Assembly: GCA_963727895.1 (NCBI GenBank)
Contig: CAVSHT010000016.1
Coordinates: 1 to 22,903 of the forward strand
Direction: 5' to 3'
Origin: an uncultured Methanosarcinaceae archaeon
GTDB lineage: Archaea > Halobacteriota > Methanosarcinia > Methanosarcinales > Methanosarcinaceae
DNA length: 22,903 nt
Shown: positions 9,246 through 19,496 of the stretch, piece after piece
Layout of the letters: each line of letters opens with the position of its first letter
Numbering within the stretch: the first letter of the stretch is position 1
The notes under the pieces: generated by a model
What the model was told of the DNA's origin: nothing
The model's input: the letters and a program-made list of their open reading frames with translations, nothing else
Database searches by the model: none
Made by a program: the position numbers and the translations under genes

Positions 9246-10039
9246 ATAGATACAAAAGAAGTTATTGAGAATTACTGGGATTATCGAAGTAGGAGTTATA
9301 ATAACGAAAGTATAGAGCGATCAGAGGAAGCCCGCAATGCCTGGAAAGTTATGCTTTCAAGATCCATGGAGGGAAAGAAAGGTCTAAAGGTTCTTGATGT
9401 AGGAACTGGTCCTGGATTTTTGGCACTTTTATTTGCAGAGATAGGAAATGAAGTAACAGCTGTTGATCTGTCTAACAATATGCTGGAACAAGCAAGGAAA
9501 AATGCCTTGAAAAGATTCCTTAATATAAATTTCCTTAGAGGAGATGCTGAAAATCTTCAGCTGCCGGATGGATATTTCGATGTAGTTGTCAACAGGTATT
9601 TGCTTTGGACTCTTCCTGAGCCTAGAAAGGCATTGACAGAGTGGAAAGAGTCCTCGAGGATGGAGGAACAGTAATTGCTATAGATGGAGATTGGAATGAG
9701 CAAAAACTGTCAAGAATAACCTGGATTAAAGCTTCAGATTTCTTGAAAGGTGTAAAGGAAGGAAAATATATGGAGATATATAAAAAACAATATCACCCTA
9801 TCAAGAAAGACCTTCCTTTATTTAGTTTAAAACCTGAAAATGTATCTAAAATTTTAAAGGACTCTGGATTTGAATCTGTTACCATACAGCGCATGGATGA
9901 GCCTTCTGGGCTTACAAGAGGGAAAAGCAATTTTATGGACAAAATTTACTTTTCCAATCCTGTTTACTTCATAAAAGCTGAAAAATTAAACCATTCTGAA
10001 AGCAAATTTTGTGAAATAACGGAGAGGGCAGACAGGTGA
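9246..10039 (+). CDS. Class I SAM-dependent methyltransferase, paralog 2 (frameshift at about 9647; start position reads ATA)
   Basis: The upstream frame (I)DTKEVIENYWDYRS aligns with METKEMIRNYWDYRS of paralog 1. VLDVGTGPG and LLWTLP are shared, and the C-terminus lies in ORF 9641-10039. Confidence 0.85.
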
Positions 10040-10984
10040 TAGGGTTTATAACTCGAAGGCTTTTACACCTTCTCCCTGTTCTTTTTTAATCTCTGTTATC
10101 AGCTTTGCCATAATCTACATCTCCCCAGGGGATACGGCAGAAAATGCCCTTATGAATCCCGGTGAAGGGGTTGATCAAAAAGCTGTTGAAGAGTTAAGAG
10201 CTAAGAACAGGACTTAGATGAGCCTATACATATCCAGTATATAAACTGGATGAGTAAAGTCCTTCATGGAGACCTTGGACAGTCATATATGACAGGTGAA
10301 AATGTCTCAAGTGAGATTGTCAGATGCTTCAAAGTCACTCTCAGGCTTGCTGTAATTAGTATGTTGATTTCTCTTATCATTGCAATTCCCCTTGGTATCT
10401 TTTCAGCCCTGAAAAAAGGAACAGATCGCCGATGATGCTTGCAGGCTATTGGCTCTTGCAGGAGTCTCAATGCCTAATTTCTGGCAGGCATACCTTCTGA
10501 TCATAGTCTTCGCTCTGATCCTGAAGGTTTTGCCTTCTTCTGGATATGACGACGGGAATCTTAACTATATCCTCCTGCCTGCAATTACTCTTGGAACGGG
10601 TTATGCAGCTGTAACTATGAGATTAATGAGAGCTAGTATGCTGGACGTGTTGCAGCAGGATTACATCCGTGCAGCCAGAGCCAAAGGAGTTCCGGAATAT
10701 ATATGGTTATCCTCAAGCATGCTTTGAAAAACTCTCTCATACCTGTGGTAACGGTTGCAGGGCTGAATTTTGGCTATCTCCTAAACGGTTCCGTCATAGT
10801 TGAGACGATTTTCTCATGGCCGGGGTTCGGAAACCTGATTGTTTCATCCATACTTAGCAAGGATTACCCCATGATACAGGGCTGTGTATTGTTCATTGCT
10901 GTGATATTTGTACTTATCAATTTTGCAGTGGATATTTCCTATGCTTTCCTTAACCCAAAGATCAGATATGAAACTAAGAATTAA
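10036..10984 (+). CDS. ABC permease DppB/NikB-like, multiple frameshifts
   Basis: The GTG start overlaps the MTase stop (GTGA). Fragments include GFITRRLL, LHGDLGQSY, SMPNFW, DYIRAARAKG, HALKNSLIP and DYPMIQG. Confidence 0.88.
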
Positions 10985-11803
10985 AAACAAAAATCCGGGA
11001 GTATTTCTTAGCGCAGTAATTCTTGGTTTTTTCATAATTGCAGCTCTTTTCGCAGGGTATATTGCGCCCCACAATCCCGAAAAAGCAAATCTAGAACTCC
11101 GACTTAAAGAACCGTGTAAAGAATTCCCGTTAGGTACCGATGATTTAGGCCGCTGCATATTAAGCCGTATAATTTACGGTTCAAGAGTATCTTTATCAGT
11201 TGGACTTTTAGTAGTAAGTTCCTCATTGCTTTTGGGGCTTACCGTTGGTACTCTGTCTGGATATTATGGAGGATGGCTGGATGAAATATTTATGCGATTT
11301 GTAGATGCCTTTCTGGCGTTCCCAAGTCTGCTGCTGGCTCTTGGCATAGCAGGGTTTTTCGGTGCAGGATTCATGAATATGGTCTATAGCCCTTATAGTT
11401 GTGTACTGGGCTAGCTTATGCTCGCCTGGCTAGAAGTTCAGTCCTAGCAATAAAAGAGCAGGATTATATCAAGGCTGCAAAAGGGCTTGGAGCAGGGGAT
11501 TTGCATGTGATTTTACGTCATGTCATCCCAAATATAATATCTCCTCTTATAGTAATGGCAACCATGGGAATGGGGTATGTTATACTGTCTGCAGCAGGGC
11601 TCAGTTTCCTGGGTTTTGGGGTTCAGCCACCTACTCCGGAATGGGGTTCTATGCTTAGTGAAGGAAAAATATACATCAGATCTGCCCCTTATGTTATGAT
11701 TTTTCCCGGAATTGCTATTATGCTTGCAGTTCTAGCTTTCAACTACCTTGGAGATGAATTAAGAGACCTGATTGATCCAAGAACGCAGAAAGATTTTGAA
11801 TGA
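10968..11803 (+). CDS. ABC permease DppC/NikC-like, frameshifted at about 11385-11410
   Basis: PLGTDDLGRCILSRIIYG, DYIKAAKGLGA, RHVIPN and GLSFLGFGVQPPTPEWG. Confidence 0.9.
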
Positions 11804-12597
11804 CCAGCTTCCAAAGATTACACCATTTAATAACAAACTATTGTTAAAGAGTTTCCAGAGTAAATACCATGAAAAAGTACCCCTCGTTTAACAGTAGATC
11901 AAATAAACAGCAAAAAATTTAGCTGCAAATATTTCCTGACCGCGACAATTAGTGCTGCAAGCGGATACAGGTCAAAGATAAATGGCTTCAGCCGAAATGC
12001 GTGCTTTGTTTCTAGCATATATTTTTCTCATCTCTTTGAGCCTGGGAATCTACGATGTAATCTTCAATCTATACATCTTAAGGCTTGGATTCAGGGAGGA
12101 TTTTCTTGGACTTATGCTCTCACTTGTTTCCATATCCACTGGCCTGTTTGCAATTCCTGCAGCCATGTTCTGCGATAGGGCAGGTAGAAAAAACACATTG
12201 TTATTGTCCTGCCTGCTTCTCTCTGTTATCCTTTTGCAATCCTTTACACCACCACCTCAACATTCCTGCTGGCTTTTTTCAGCATTCTCTATGGTGTATC
12301 CTCATCGCTCAAGATTGTTACAGCGTCCACATTCATGGTTGAAAATTCCACGAGTTATGAAAGGATGCACCTGTTTTCGATGTACTACTCTGTTATACAC
12401 TATAGGCGTCATGATGGGAAACCTGGCAGGAGGCACTTTACCTCAGGTCTTTATAAATTCTCTGAATATTGAGCCCACAGGTTCGGGAGCCTATCAGCTC
12501 TCATTATATGCATCTCTATTTGCGGTCTTAATTTCCCTACTTCCCCTGCTGCTTATAAAGGATCAAAAAACTAAGTTGATAAGAACACCAAAGCTTT

Positions 12598-13454
12598 GGT
12601 TCCGTTGCAAAAAATCTCAGAATAAGCATGTAAATCCATAATCAATAACCAAAAGTACAAATATTCAAAAAGATGTGTCAATATTATAGAACTATTCCAA
12701 ATAATTGATTAATATATTTAGCTTCATTAAAGCCAGAGTAATTTAGGTTTTTGATTTGTCCTTTTTTAATCATATTCATAGCTTCAATTCCTTTTAAAGT
12801 CTTAATAGCTGTGTTAAAAGACTGAAATCCTAACATTGGATTAACTATTCGTTTAATGGATCTATGATCTTGTTCTATAATGTTATTCAAATACTTGATT
12901 TGTCGAATGCCTACGTTTATAGGTAGTATTTTATCATTTTTCAGTTTATCTATAGCAGGTGGATAAGCTGGATTTTTATCAACTGTGATTACTCTTGGAA
13001 TTTGATTATGATTAGAATTCAAAGCTTTCTTAAAGAAACGTTTTGCTGCTTTTTGATCTCGTTTTGCACTTAACATGAAATCAATTGTATCTCCATTTGA
13101 GTCAACTGCTCGGTAAAAATATTTCCATTTACCTTTAACTCTGATGTAAGTTTCATCAACTCTCCAAGAGTCGTTTGTTGGTCTTAAATGCCTTCTTACC
13201 TTCTTTTCGATTTCAGGAGAGTATTGATGTACCCATCTCATGATAGTACTGTGATCAACTTCTACTCCCCTCTCTGCCATCATTTTCTCTAAATTTCTAT
13301 AACTTACTGGATATTTTAGGTACCATCTGACGTTTAATAAAATGATTTCTCCTTCGTAATGTTTCCACTTAAAGGAATTAGATAGCATATTATCGTTCTA
13401 TTGATTTTCTCCTTATTCAATTGAATCCTTATTATGATTTTTTGCAACAGAACC
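12598..13454 (-). mobile_element. Complete IS6-family element, 857 bp, 8-bp target duplication AAAGCTTT
   Basis: IRs ggttccgttgcaaaaaatc / ggttctgttgcaaaaaatc (18/19). aaagcttt occurs at 12590-12597 and 13455-13462. Confidence 0.95.
12684..13388 (-). CDS. tnp: IS6-family DDE transposase
   Basis: FKWKHY, VDHSTIMRWV, WRVDETY, YRAVD, TVDK and LNNIIEQDHR motifs. Intact 234 aa. Confidence 0.95.
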   Translation of the reverse strand: MLSNSFKWKHYEGEIILLNVRWYLKYPVSYRNLEKMMAERGVEVDHSTIMRWVHQYSPEIEKKVRRHLRPTNDSWRVDETYIRVKGKWKYFYRAVDSNGDTIDFMLSAKRDQKAAKRFFKKALNSNHNQIPRVITVDKNPAYPPAIDKLKNDKILPINVGIRQIKYLNNIIEQDHRSIKRIVNPMLGFQSFNTAIKTLKGIEAMNMIKKGQIKNLNYSGFNEAKYINQLFGIVL

Positions 13455-14279
13455 AAAGCTTTTCTATAACTTCTTTTTTGACTTTAAAGTCAGAAACGAT
13501 CAGAAAATTGATTCTCGTAAATGGACTCATAGGTCTTGGATGGGGATTAGCTCTTCCTTATTTCAATGTTTATTTTGACGTTGTCCTTGGAGCCAATTCA
13601 AGACAAATTGGGCTTATTTTTTCTCTCTCTCAGGTTGTCATGATGTTTACCTTACTGTTTGTTCCAATACTTACTGAAGGTTTGGGAAAAGTAAAGGTCG
13701 TAGCCCTTGTCCAACTTTCGTCAATCCCGTTTCTTCTGCTTTCCACATCAACATCCATACTTGCGATTGCTGCCTTCGGATACATAATGAGGACAGCAAT
13801 TATGAATATGTCAAACCCGATACTGAGCAGTTTTAATATGGAAATTGTAAGTGAGGCTCAAAGGGCAACTGTAAATAGCCTTATCTGGATGAGCTGCTAT
13901 ACCTGTGTTGGATTGAGTACCTATGCAGGTGGTTTGATGATGGATCGCAATTACTATACTCTTCCATTTCTTCTAACGTGTATTTTATACATAGTGGCCA
14001 GTGTTCTTTATTATTTGTTCGTTGAGAAATTAGGAACAGAACAAAAAAATTTGAAAACATTGGTTTGATTTATAGCGAATTTTCAGAACACAAAAAAAAT
14101 AAAAATTTGAATAAGAGATTTAAATGCTTTTTCTTCTATTTTCTTCTATTTTCACTAATATATTCTCTTTTCTTTATTTTGTCTTAAAATGTAGGTATTA
14201 CTAATTTTAAATATAATAATAAGAACTCACATTAAAAGTTAGAACAGTACTAAATATAAGTTCTTCGTATATACCAATG

Positions 14280-14410
14280 CCCAAGCGAACAGACAAAAAA
14301 ATAAACGCCTCCTAAATCTGTGAATTGGACGCACAACTCCTGAATTTCTCATCTGTATGTGCAGGCAGGTGGGAAATTTCAGGGATATTGCGTTCCATCA
14401 TTAATTCTGC
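14280..14410 (+). ncRNA. Candidate small RNA with a ~70-nt hairpin (14327-14396)
   Basis: ggacgca/tgcgttcc and cctgaatttctcatctg/caggtgggaaatttcagg pair with several G-U on the + strand. TATA-like taaatataag at 14251. Confidence 0.35.
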
Positions 14411-14734
14411 TCTTTACATCACTTATTATACAATGGTAAGTAAGGCCTCATCATGAATGGAAAACTAGCTTAAGAAAGTTATTATTCTCTATTATGTTAC
14501 TATTCCTGAAAAAATTATTGTGTAGTTAGTTTCTTCATGTAACGGTTTTAATATTTTTTACTACATTATTGACTTAAACATTTATAATAATAAAAAATAT
14601 CTTCTCAACTTATCTTTTAAATTTACCATAAGTTACATGTATAAAAATAAGGATTATATCTATGTGCATAATTGGACTATAATGTTCAAACACAACCCTT
14701 TATGTGAAAAACGCCGCCGAAAACCCTAAAAACG

Positions 14735-14752
14735 GGCACCTGGCGGGGTGCC
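14735..14752 (-). terminator. GC hairpin followed (minus strand) by T-tracts, downstream of the FGE gene
   Basis: ggcacc-N6-ggtgcc. The minus strand continues cgtttttagggtttt. Confidence 0.45.
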
Positions 14753-14806
14753 AACCCTTATAGTATTAGAAAATACGCTTACTCTTTTATTTTAAACCGT
14801 TCCTGT

Positions 14807-15596
14807 CTATACTTCCATGACAGCCCTGAATCCAAGGCTATTTAACCTGTTGTCTTGAGCCGCAAAAAGTCTTTCAGCCGACCGACAACAGCCGGCATTT
14901 CCGTTCCAGCCCCCTCCTCTCCGGACTCTCACTGGAGTGGATATGCTTGGAAAATGATTTTCCCAGGCTCTTCCATCTGCTGGAGCTGCCTTTATAGTTA
15001 ATGTGATACTCGTCCTGTACCCATTCTCCTATATTTCCATATATATCATAAAGTCCCCAGGGATTTGGATATTTCAGACCAACCGGATGGGTTTCAAGTC
15101 CGGAATTTCCCAGAAACCAGGCATATTCTGTAAGTTTCGATTCGTCGTCTCCAAAAAAATAAGTGGTTGTAGTCCCTGCTCTAGCTGAATATTCCCATTC
15201 AGCTTCGGTAGGGAGTCTGTATACATGGTTATTTCCATTAGCTTTTTCCAGAGCACTTAGTTTCTGGAAAAAAACTTGAACCTCAGCCCAGGAGATGTTT
15301 TCAACAGGATACTTTTTGCCTTTGAAATATGAAGGAGAATTTCCCATGACCTTCTGCCACTGTTCTTGGATCACAGGATATCTACATAAATAAAAAGGTT
15401 TTTCAATTGTCACTTTATGTACAGGGCTTTCCCAAAGCTTTCTTCTTTTTTCACATGCTTGAGAACCCATCTCAAATTCTCCCGCAGAAATAAGGACAAA
15501 CTCCATTCCAATGGAATTCGTTAATGAACGGCTGAATAAATTTTCGGTTAAGTCTTTCATTGAGTTATTCATAACGTTATCCATTGAATTACTCAC
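14807..15596 (-). CDS. Formylglycine-generating enzyme (SUMF1/FGE-sulfatase) domain protein, frameshift at about 14985
   Basis: GEFEMGS, RLPTEAEWEYSARAG and PNPWGLYDIYGNIGEWVQD. The shifted frame gives APADGRAW...RRGGGW...CCRSAER...LGFRAVMEV*. Confidence 0.9.
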
Positions 15597-15669
15597 CTGA
15601 ATATCTTTAAATGTGTACCTCGAACTACTGATTTGCCTTTTTCAGTCAAAGGTTACCACTGTAAATAAG

Positions 15670-16453
15670 TCAAATTGAAAATTCAAGTTCAAGCCCTACA
15701 GGACAGTGATCCGAACCCATTATATCAGTGTAAATTGGAGCAGACTTTACATTTTTCCGCAGGTTTTCGCTTACGAAAGAAATAGTCCAGCCGCCAGCCG
15801 ACATTTCTTTTACGTGCACCTGTTCTCATTGACCACCAGGAATAATTTCCGCCTTCAGAATTGAACATGCGAAAAGTATCAAGATATCCGGCTGCAAGGA
15901 ATTTGTCCATCCATGCTCGCTCTTCAGGGAGAAAACCGGATATCGTTTCGTTTTGCTTAGGACGGGCAAGGTCGATCTCTTTATGGGCTGTGTTTACGTC
16001 CCCGCAGATGACAAGCTTTTTACCTTCTGCTTTGAGGGTGTTTGCATAGTCTAAAAAAGCATTGTAAAAGTCCATTTTGTATTCCAGGCGCTCCTGAGAA
16101 GCTTTGCCGTTAGGGAAGTAGATATTCATTAAGATAAAGTCCTCATAGTCGGCCCGCAGAAAGCGGCCTTCTCTGTCAAATTTTTCAATTCCCATGCCAG
16201 TTTCGAGATTCAGAGGCTTTTTCTTCGAAAAGATTCCAACTCCACTGTAGCCGTTCTGTTCTGCTGAAACAAAGTAATTGTAATAGCCTGGAATATTCTT
16301 TGCTTCTCTCGGGAGTTTATCAGGAGAAACCTTAGTTTCCTGAATGCAAACAATATCAAATTTCTGTTCCAGCAAAAGCTCAAGAAAGTCTTTTTTTATT
16401 GCAGCCCGGAGGCCGTTTACATTCCAGGAGACGAGATTGTAGTGGCCAGACAT
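15670..16453 (-). CDS. xth: Exodeoxyribonuclease III / AP endonuclease, frameshift at about 15777
   Basis: SWNVNGLRA, CIQETK, GYSGV, YFPNG, GDVNTAH and GWRLDYF. The shifted frame gives VSENL...GSDHCPV...*. Confidence 0.95.
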
Positions 16454-16543
16454 TTTTCTATCCCTAATTGGTGTTTCAGAATTTGATTTGCGTTATGAGG
16501 AAGCTCAGAGCAGCAGGAAGTTAAATTGAAATCTGGAATTATA

Positions 16544-16600
16544 TTGAATTGAAATTTGAATTGAAATTGAACTGAAATTGAATTGAAATTGAAATGAATT
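16544..16600. repeat. Degenerate tandem repeat of TTGAA/TTGAAA (about 11-bp period)
   Basis: ttgaattgaaatttgaattgaaattgaactgaaattgaattgaaattgaaatgaatt. Confidence 0.85.
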
Positions 16601-16829
16601 AAGCTGAAAATAATTCAAAGTCTTAGTAAATAAATGCTCCTTATTTAGCCAGCAGGAATTCTTCTAAGTTTCCCACATGCAAACAGCAAGTCTCAACAGA
16701 ACTCGACTTTAAGAACTCTACCTTAAACTACATATCTCAATTCTATTGTAGAATCCGGAAATACTATGTTTCATCTATATTTGCCGGATGAACTGATTTT
16801 CATAGACCTAAACAAAAAACATTAATCCT

Positions 16830-17887
16830 ATGTATGCTATCCTTCAATTCCAATGTACAGAAGCAATCAGGATACCTCCAGAAAAAGGGGAAGAAATCAG
16901 GGAAAAAGCAATTAACGAGAGATTTCTGGATACTAAAAGAAAAATTCGAAAACTTAGGACTGATGAAGGAAATTTCCTGGAAATCCCTGTCACAGAAGCT
17001 GCAGGAGAAAAAGTGGAAAATTTTCAGGTAACCGAACAGAAAAATCCTGAATTTCTGGAAAAAACCTGGTCTCTAAAAGAATATCTCAAAGACTTTCTTT
17101 CCGAAGTTGAACTTGCATCCGTCCCGGCAGGCTGGCAGATTCTGGGAGATATAATAATAATTGGCATCCCTGAAATCCTGGAAGATAAAAAGACAAGGAT
17201 AGCTGAGGCTCTGCTCTCTGATGTACCCCAAGTGCAGGACCGTTGTAAGGGATTTTGGAATCGAAGGGCAGTTCCGCCAGCCAAAAAGAGAACTCCTTCT
17301 CGGCAGCGAAACCGAAACCATCCACAAAGAGCATGGCTGCTTTTTTAAGCAGGATGTAACAAAGGTAATGTACTCCAAAGGCAATCTTGAAGAAAGAAAG
17401 CGAATGAGCAGGTTAGGAGAAGGGGAAGTTATAGTTGATATGTTCGCAGGAATAGGGTATTTTTCAATTCCTATGGCTGTGCATTCCAGACCGAAAAAAA
17501 TTACTGGGAATAGAAATTAATCCTGAGTCTTTTGCCTACCTGAAGGAAAACATCAGGCTAAATAAGGTAGAGGATATCTTTGTTCCAATCTGTGGAGATT
17601 GTTCAAAGGTTGCTCCAGAAGGAACAGCTGACCGTGTGCTTATGGGGTATGTGGGAACAACACATCATTATCTTGAGCCAGCTATAAAAGCCCTGAAAAA
17701 AAGCGGGGGAATTTTACACTATCACGAAACAGTCCCGGAGAGTCTTGCCAGAACCAGGCCTCAGGAAAGGATAAGAAAAGCTGCCTATGCGCTGGGAAAG
17801 AAGGTGGAGATTCTGGAGACCCACAGGATAAAAAAATACTCTCCAGGTGTCCTGCATGTGGTTGTGGATGCGCGGATATTCGAATAA
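16830..17887 (+). CDS. taw2: Met-10/Trm5-family SAM-dependent tRNA enzyme, Taw2/TYW2 (wyosine pathway), frameshifts at about 17220 and 17508
   Basis: GWQILGDII, ETIHKEHGC, DVTKVMYSKGNLEERKRM, VDMFAGIGYFSIP, GGILHYHE and IKKYSPGVLHVVVD. Confidence 0.8.
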
Positions 17888-17918
17888 AATTTTAAAATAG
17901 TCATTTCAGGTTCTTTGA

Positions 17919-18567
17919 CTATAACTGCAGTTGGCTTTTATTCGGTGAAAAACGGCAGTCTGTCAGTTTTACCTTACCTGGAGAGCCAGGTATGACACTT
18001 ATATCCATGCTGAGAATTTTTCTGTAAATGTTTCTTTTTTGCACAATAGGCCACCACCCATAGAGGAAAACATAAACAGGCTCCCACATTGCAACCCAGC
18101 CGATGATTGTCAGGCCTTCGGAAAACATGTGTATTTATCAGGCCTTGTTCAAGAGTTGAAAGAAGCCGGATTATGAGCAGACAGAGAAAGAGGAAGACGA
18201 TTGCAATTGTCATGTTTCTTCTTCCTCGCTGAAGAAGCCTCCTCAGCTCTATGTTCGTGAGAACTTTTTTGTAAGAAAAATGATTTCGGATTGCTTCTTT
18301 AAGGGTACGCTCTGTTTCTCCATCAAATTCGGAAGAGGGGACATATATTATAATTCCAAGGGGCTTTTTTAGAGGGAACTCTCCAACTGTATTATAAATA
18401 TATTCTTCCGCTTCCGGATCAAGCTCTTTTTCGTGAAAAGGCGCAGGATCAAAAGAATTGAAAATCTGCATTACGCTGTTCAGCTCAAGTTCGATTAGAA
18501 GTTTTCCATCCCGTTCCTTGTAAAGGGCTTCTGTCCCTTTCGGGGAAAAATCTATCCCCCAAACCAC
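17919..18567 (-). CDS. Conserved hypothetical membrane protein (two C-terminal TMs), frameshift at about 18128
   Basis: The FNSFDPAPFHEKELD domain continues into SEGLTIIGWVAMWEPVYVFLYGWWP. Confidence 0.75.
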
Positions 18568-18641
18568 TTTTATCTACCTTCTATAGAACATCTTTTAAGG
18601 TTTTTGAAATAAAAATCTCTTAAACATAATTACAACAGTTT

Positions 18642-18970
18642 TCAGGTTCCATATAAGGCTTTGCTTTTTGCGCTTTCGACATCAGGCCAAACTGAAAATG
18701 TGTTAAGACGACTTTCTTGAGGTAAAACGGTAGTAGAACTCTTCTCCCCTGCAGACGAACCTGTTCCTATATATACATCCATACCAGTGATTTTCTGGTA
18801 AATGTTGCACTTATGCACAATAAGCCACCAGCCATAGAGAAAAGTATATACTGGCTCCCACATGGCGGCCTAGTAGATTATAACGAAGCCTTCAGAAGAC
18901 AAAGTATTCAGCAGGCTTTCTTCAAAAGTAGAAAACCGCCGAATTGTAACAAGGCACAAAAGCAGGAATT
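18642..18970 (-). pseudogene. 5'-truncated paralog of the 17919-18567 gene with an in-frame TAG
   Basis: FLLLCLVTIRRFSTFEESLLNTLSSEGFVIIY*AAMWEPVYTFLYGWW aligns with the neighbour's C-terminus. TAG (18870-18872) replaces the Trp codon. Confidence 0.8.
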
Positions 18971-19008
18971 CTCAATACCGAGTTCTGGACAGCAGGAATT
19001 CTCAATAC
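18961..19008. repeat. 18-bp direct repeat, 30-bp period
   Basis: agcaggaattctcaatac at 18961 and 18991. Confidence 0.9.
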
Positions 19009-19496
19009 TGTGCTGCAGCCTGCTTGATTGCGCTGCAGAGTTCTTCGGGTTTCCTGGAGCTAATAAGCATTCTTTCTCCAGAGATAAGTTTCAGGATTAC
19101 AACCGGGTTAACTTTTTTGGAAGACTGTGATACATCAGATTCTTTTCCTGTGAGAGGGTCATAAACCTTAATTTTACACTCTTCTACTATATGGAAAGGG
19201 ATCTTCTTGAAGGAGAGATTCAGGGGTACCAAGCGAATGTATATTCCATCACTTCTTACCTCAGTTATGTGCTTTGTACAGTAAAATACAAGAGGAAAAA
19301 ATAACCCGAAGATAATCCATAGCGCAAACAGGTATGTTCCAGGAATGTTATGGATTCCGGCAGGTTTTCCGAAGACTATGCTATGGATTTCGATATACCA
19401 GAGCAGGAGCGCAGGATAAAGGACAGAAAACAGGAAAAAATTGTTGCGCAGATCCTGTACCTCCCGAAAAATTATACGTGTTTCCGGCTGTTCCAT
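19002..19496 (-). CDS. DUF6141-like membrane protein (2 TM plus soluble domain)
   Basis: FREVQ, FGLFFPLVFY, ITEVRSDGIYIR and ISSRKPEEL. Paralog of 20227-20766. Confidence 0.7.
   Translation of the reverse strand: MEQPETRIIFREVQDLRNNFFLFSVLYPALLLWYIEIHSIVFGKPAGIHNIPGTYLFALWIIFGLFFPLVFYCTKHITEVRSDGIYIRLVPLNLSFKKIPFHIVEECKIKVYDPLTGKESDVSQSSKKVNPVVILKLISGERMLISSRKPEELCSAIKQAAAQY

Larger units (their letters stand above)
11869..14068 (+). pseudogene. MFS transporter interrupted by IS6 (N-half to 12597, C-half from 13463), with additional indels
   Basis: Motif A-like CDRAGRK in the N-half and TEGLGKVK in the C-half, roughly 6+6 TM segments. The IS6 with its TSD lies between the halves. The start at 11869 is approximate. 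Confidence 0.8.

Noticed and set aside
14312..14401. Minus-strand ~29-aa ORF (MMERNIPEISH...) through the hairpin, as a type I toxin
   Set aside because: Not hydrophobic and has no RBS. The G-U bias favours a + strand RNA.
16544..16600. CRISPR array (ATTGAAA resembles archaeal repeat 3' ends)
   Set aside because: Units are contiguous 5-6-mers with no spacers, and there are no cas genes.
18870..18872. Pyrrolysine codon
   Set aside because: It replaces a conserved Trp (TGG->TAG) in a fragment with no 5' end, so a nonsense mutation is simpler.
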